Assembly: GCA_963729625.1 (NCBI GenBank)
Contig: CAVSOU010000007.1
Coordinates: 608,001-672,000, forward strand
DNA: 64,000 nt
Direction of reading: 5' to 3'
Source of the DNA: an uncultured bacterium
Lineage (GTDB): Bacteria > Chloroflexota > UBA5177 > JANWHV01
The notes beneath the pieces were generated by a model. The model saw only the letters and a list, made by a program, of their open reading frames with translations, searched no databases and was not told where the DNA came from. This document shows positions 61,213 to 64,000 of the stretch, piece by piece (the stretch's first letter is position 1; the number at the start of each line of letters is the position of its first letter). Both the position numbers and the translations under genes were made by a program.

Positions 61213-62004
61213 TCAAAGCGCCGAGAGCATCCCACCATCCACGAGCATGCTCTGGCCAGTCACATAGCCCGCCTCTTCCGAGGCGAGAAAGGCTACCAGG
61301 GCGCCGATCTCAGCCGGAGTGCCGTAGCGCTGAGCAGGGATAGCGCGCTCACTGTCGGCACGATACCGATCGTAGCCGACACCCAACGCCTTGGCGCGCG
61401 CCTCGTCGAGCGCGCGCACGCGGTCGGTGTCGATGCGCCCAGGAGATACCATGTTCACCGTGATCCCCATGGCCGCCACTTCCTGCGCCAGCGTTTTCAC
61501 CACGCCGAGCAGCGCCGGGCGGAAGGCATTCGAGACCACCAGGCCGGGAATCGGCTGTTTCACCGACGACGATCCGATGACCACGATGCGTCCGTAGCTC
61601 CTTGCCTCCATGCGCTGCACGGCCAGTCGCATTGCGCGCACGGCACTCATGAGGGTCAGCTCGAACGCAGTCTGCCATTGCGCGTCTACCGCATTCAAGA
61701 AGGCACTGGGCGGCGGACCGCCGGCATTCGCCACGAGGACGTCGAGCCGGTCGAAGCTCTCGTCGAGCGCGCGGAACACTGCCTCGATATCCGCGGCCCG
61801 CGCCACGTCGGCGGGAACGCCAATGACCTTGCCGCCGAACGAGCGCAGCGCCGCGACGGTCTCCTCGAGCTCTTTCCCTTCTCGCGCGCAGATCACCAGG
61901 TGACACCCCGCGCGCGCCAACGCCTGGGCGCAGCCTCGCCCGATGCCTTTCGTCGCCGCCATCACGACCGCGACGCGTTCGTTAGCCCGGCCCACTCCGT
62001 CCAC
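61213..62004 (-). CDS. Short-chain dehydrogenase/reductase (non-canonical SxxxR subtype)
   Basis: AATKGIG, NAGGPP, SNAFR in place of YxxxK, VDGG; AGGAGG RBS before GTG. Confidence 0.9.
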   Translation of the reverse strand: MDGVGRANERVAVVMAATKGIGRGCAQALARAGCHLVICAREGKELEETVAALRSFGGKVIGVPADVARAADIEAVFRALDESFDRLDVLVANAGGPPPSAFLNAVDAQWQTAFELTLMSAVRAMRLAVQRMEARSYGRIVVIGSSSVKQPIPGLVVSNAFRPALLGVVKTLAQEVAAMGITVNMVSPGRIDTDRVRALDEARAKALGVGYDRYRADSERAIPAQRYGTPAEIGALVAFLASEEAGYVTGQSMLVDGGMLSAL

Positions 62005-62186
62005 TGTCTTCCTCCTGATCCCTTGGCATGCACACGGCACATGTACGCCGGCAACTCGCCCCCCTCCACACTGTGCCAGACCTTACCGTAGCACGGCACG
62101 ACACCCAGTGCTACGGTACAGCCCCGCGCAGGTTGCCGAGGTCGGGCTTGGGAGAGGGAGGGCTGGTCTGCGGTCTCGTGCGCTGC

Positions 62187-63371
62187 CTACCCACGGCGGA
62201 AGGCCTCAGCGTCGGGCCGGCGCTCCTGCACGAGCCGCGCCAGCGGCCCGTCCGGATCTATGCCGCACACTGTCTCGAACACATAGGCTGGTCCCTGGGT
62301 GCGCAGCATCTCCTGCAGCCGGACGGCGGACGGATCCTGCGCATTCTCATAGCTCAATGCCGCTGCAATGGCCAGGGCCAGATTTCGGGGTTCGCCGCCG
62401 TACTGCAGCACCAGCGAGGCAGGTCCAACCAGGCGATCGTTGCGGCCGAGCTTGCGCAATGGGTCGCGTATCTGGCGCTCCAAGGGGTCCACAATTGTGG
62501 GATCCTGAAACTTGTGCAACGCCTTGGCGGCAAACTCCTCCTGGTCCTCGGCCGTGTATCCATATTTCGCGCATAACGCCATGCCCGCCTCCGCCTGCAC
62601 ACCCGCGGCAACCTCTAGAACCATCCGATCCTGGGCCGCTTCGCTCAGCAGAGTGTGCCCTCGCAACCAGCCAAGATAGGAGATCGTCGCGTTCGTGGCG
62701 TTGTATGTGAACAGCTTCCGCTCCAGCGCCCCATAGAATCCTGTGATCGGGGTGAGCCCGAGAACGTCGGGAAGACCCGCCACCAGAGCATCCGCGTCGA
62801 TCTGCAGCTGCCAGTAGTCCTGAGCCTGCACCGAGAGCGGATCGGCCGCGCGTTGCTCAGGCGTGGGGTCGATAGCCGAGCGCAGCACCGTAGCTTCGGC
62901 GATACCTACGTGTGTGTCGAGATAGGCGCGATCTTCGCCGGTTAGCAGTCCTTGCAGTGCGTTGCGGATGATCTCTGCCGGCCGATGGTAGTTCTCGCAG
63001 ACGACCAGGTTGAGGGGAGCGCCCGTGCCGGTCCGGCGGGCGCGCAGGCCGCCGGCCAGATCAGCCGCCACGGCGCCCAGATTAGCGCCGCCGACGGATA
63101 TGAACGCGATCGGCGACCCGGCCAACACCGGCGCCAGATCGGCATCGCCGGCCTGCAGAGCCTTGATATGTCTGACCAACGAGCTTTTCGACGGGTTGCC
63201 CAGGATGTGCACCATATACTCGCCGCGCTCGTTGATCAGTCGCACCACCTCAGGATTGACATCGACGAAGCAGATGGGGAAGCCGGAGAGCGAGAGCAGG
63301 TGGCCGATATAGCCGCGAGCGATCTTTCCGGCGCCCATCACCACCACTGGAGGTCTGTCAGTTACGGTCAT
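62187..63371 (-). CDS. Mannitol-1-phosphate 5-dehydrogenase-like polyol-phosphate dehydrogenase
   Basis: GAGKIARG, CEN, ERKLFTYN, RDPLRKLGRNDRL. Confidence 0.85.
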   Translation of the reverse strand: MTVTDRPPVVVMGAGKIARGYIGHLLSLSGFPICFVDVNPEVVRLINERGEYMVHILGNPSKSSLVRHIKALQAGDADLAPVLAGSPIAFISVGGANLGAVAADLAGGLRARRTGTGAPLNLVVCENYHRPAEIIRNALQGLLTGEDRAYLDTHVGIAEATVLRSAIDPTPEQRAADPLSVQAQDYWQLQIDADALVAGLPDVLGLTPITGFYGALERKLFTYNATNATISYLGWLRGHTLLSEAAQDRMVLEVAAGVQAEAGMALCAKYGYTAEDQEEFAAKALHKFQDPTIVDPLERQIRDPLRKLGRNDRLVGPASLVLQYGGEPRNLALAIAAALSYENAQDPSAVRLQEMLRTQGPAYVFETVCGIDPDGPLARLVQERRPDAEAFRRG

Positions 63372-64000
63372 TGCGTGTATCCTTCCATGCTTCTCAGCTT
63401 GGCCAGTTCGGCGAACTGGTCCTTCAACCGCGGGTAGAGGCTCACGTAGATGGCGAAAAGCTCGTCGTAGAGCGCCACGTCCCGTTCCTCCGGATCGACC
63501 TGGTGGTCAGTATGGACCATCGCCGCGGCGGCGTCGAGCGGAGAGGCGTACCAGCCGGCGCCGACTCCGGCGAGGATGGCAGCGCCCAGGCAGCCCGCAT
63601 CCAAAACACGCGGCACGAGCAGGGGACGCCTGAGCACACTCGCTTTGATGCGGTTCCAGAGCGGGGATCCAATCGGTCCGCCGGACGCGCGAAGTGAGTC
63701 GATCGGCAAGCCCGTTGCTGCCTCGACGGTCTCGAGCACGTGACGAAGGCTGAACGCGACTCCTTCGAGCATTGCCCGCATGACGTGCGCGTGCCGATGC
63801 GCACCGTGCAGCCCGAACAGCACGCCGCGCGCTGACGAGTCCCAGATCGGCGCGCGCTCACCGTGTATATACGGCAGGAAGATCAGTCCCGACGAACCAG
63901 CCGGCACCGAGCCCGCCAGGCGCTCTTGCACGCCGCGAATATCTGCCGGCACGCCGAATCCATAGGCGGCCAAGGAGTCAGGCACGAACTGTCTGGCATA
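63368..64000 (-). CDS. FGGY-family carbohydrate kinase (5' end outside window)
   Basis: LPYIHGERAPIWD..ARG, RAMLEGVAF, SGG, LGAAILAG; ATGA overlap with downstream gene. Confidence 0.9.
   Translation of the reverse strand, partial: YARQFVPDSLAAYGFGVPADIRGVQERLAGSVPAGSSGLIFLPYIHGERAPIWDSSARGVLFGLHGAHRHAHVMRAMLEGVAFSLRHVLETVEAATGLPIDSLRASGGPIGSPLWNRIKASVLRRPLLVPRVLDAGCLGAAILAGVGAGWYASPLDAAAAMVHTDHQVDPEERDVALYDELFAIYVSLYPRLKDQFAELAKLRSMEGYTQ

Overview
GC-rich bacterial DNA; the gene repertoire suggests a soil Chloroflexota-like organism (inference). From left to right: the 3' part of a respiratory nitrate reductase operon (narG partial, narHJI); an AT-richer three-gene cassette (TIGR04255-like protein, antitoxin-like protein, ADP-ribosyltransferase-like protein); an hcp gene with a divergent Crp/Fnr regulator and a perfect TGTGA-N6-TCACA box; a tRNA-Ala(CGC)/tRNA-Trp(CCA) pair; secreted, signalling and metabolic genes; and two Opp-type ABC clusters without ATPase genes. 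A decayed patch at 38.4-41.5 kb holds a cobQ remnant, a MerB-like gene, an orphan mini-CRISPR array abutting a MazF/PemK toxin-antitoxin pair, a transposase remnant and a truncated membrane regulator. The window ends with a long catabolic cluster. Best candidates for an undescribed system: (1) the TIGR04255-antitoxin-ART cassette, possibly a toxin-antitoxin-chaperone-like defence module; (2) the mini-CRISPR/MazEF juxtaposition; (3) the DUF885-pair catabolic cluster. Many +1 frameshifts between 36.5 and 50 kb look like long-read errors. All family calls come from motif recognition by eye, not database searches.
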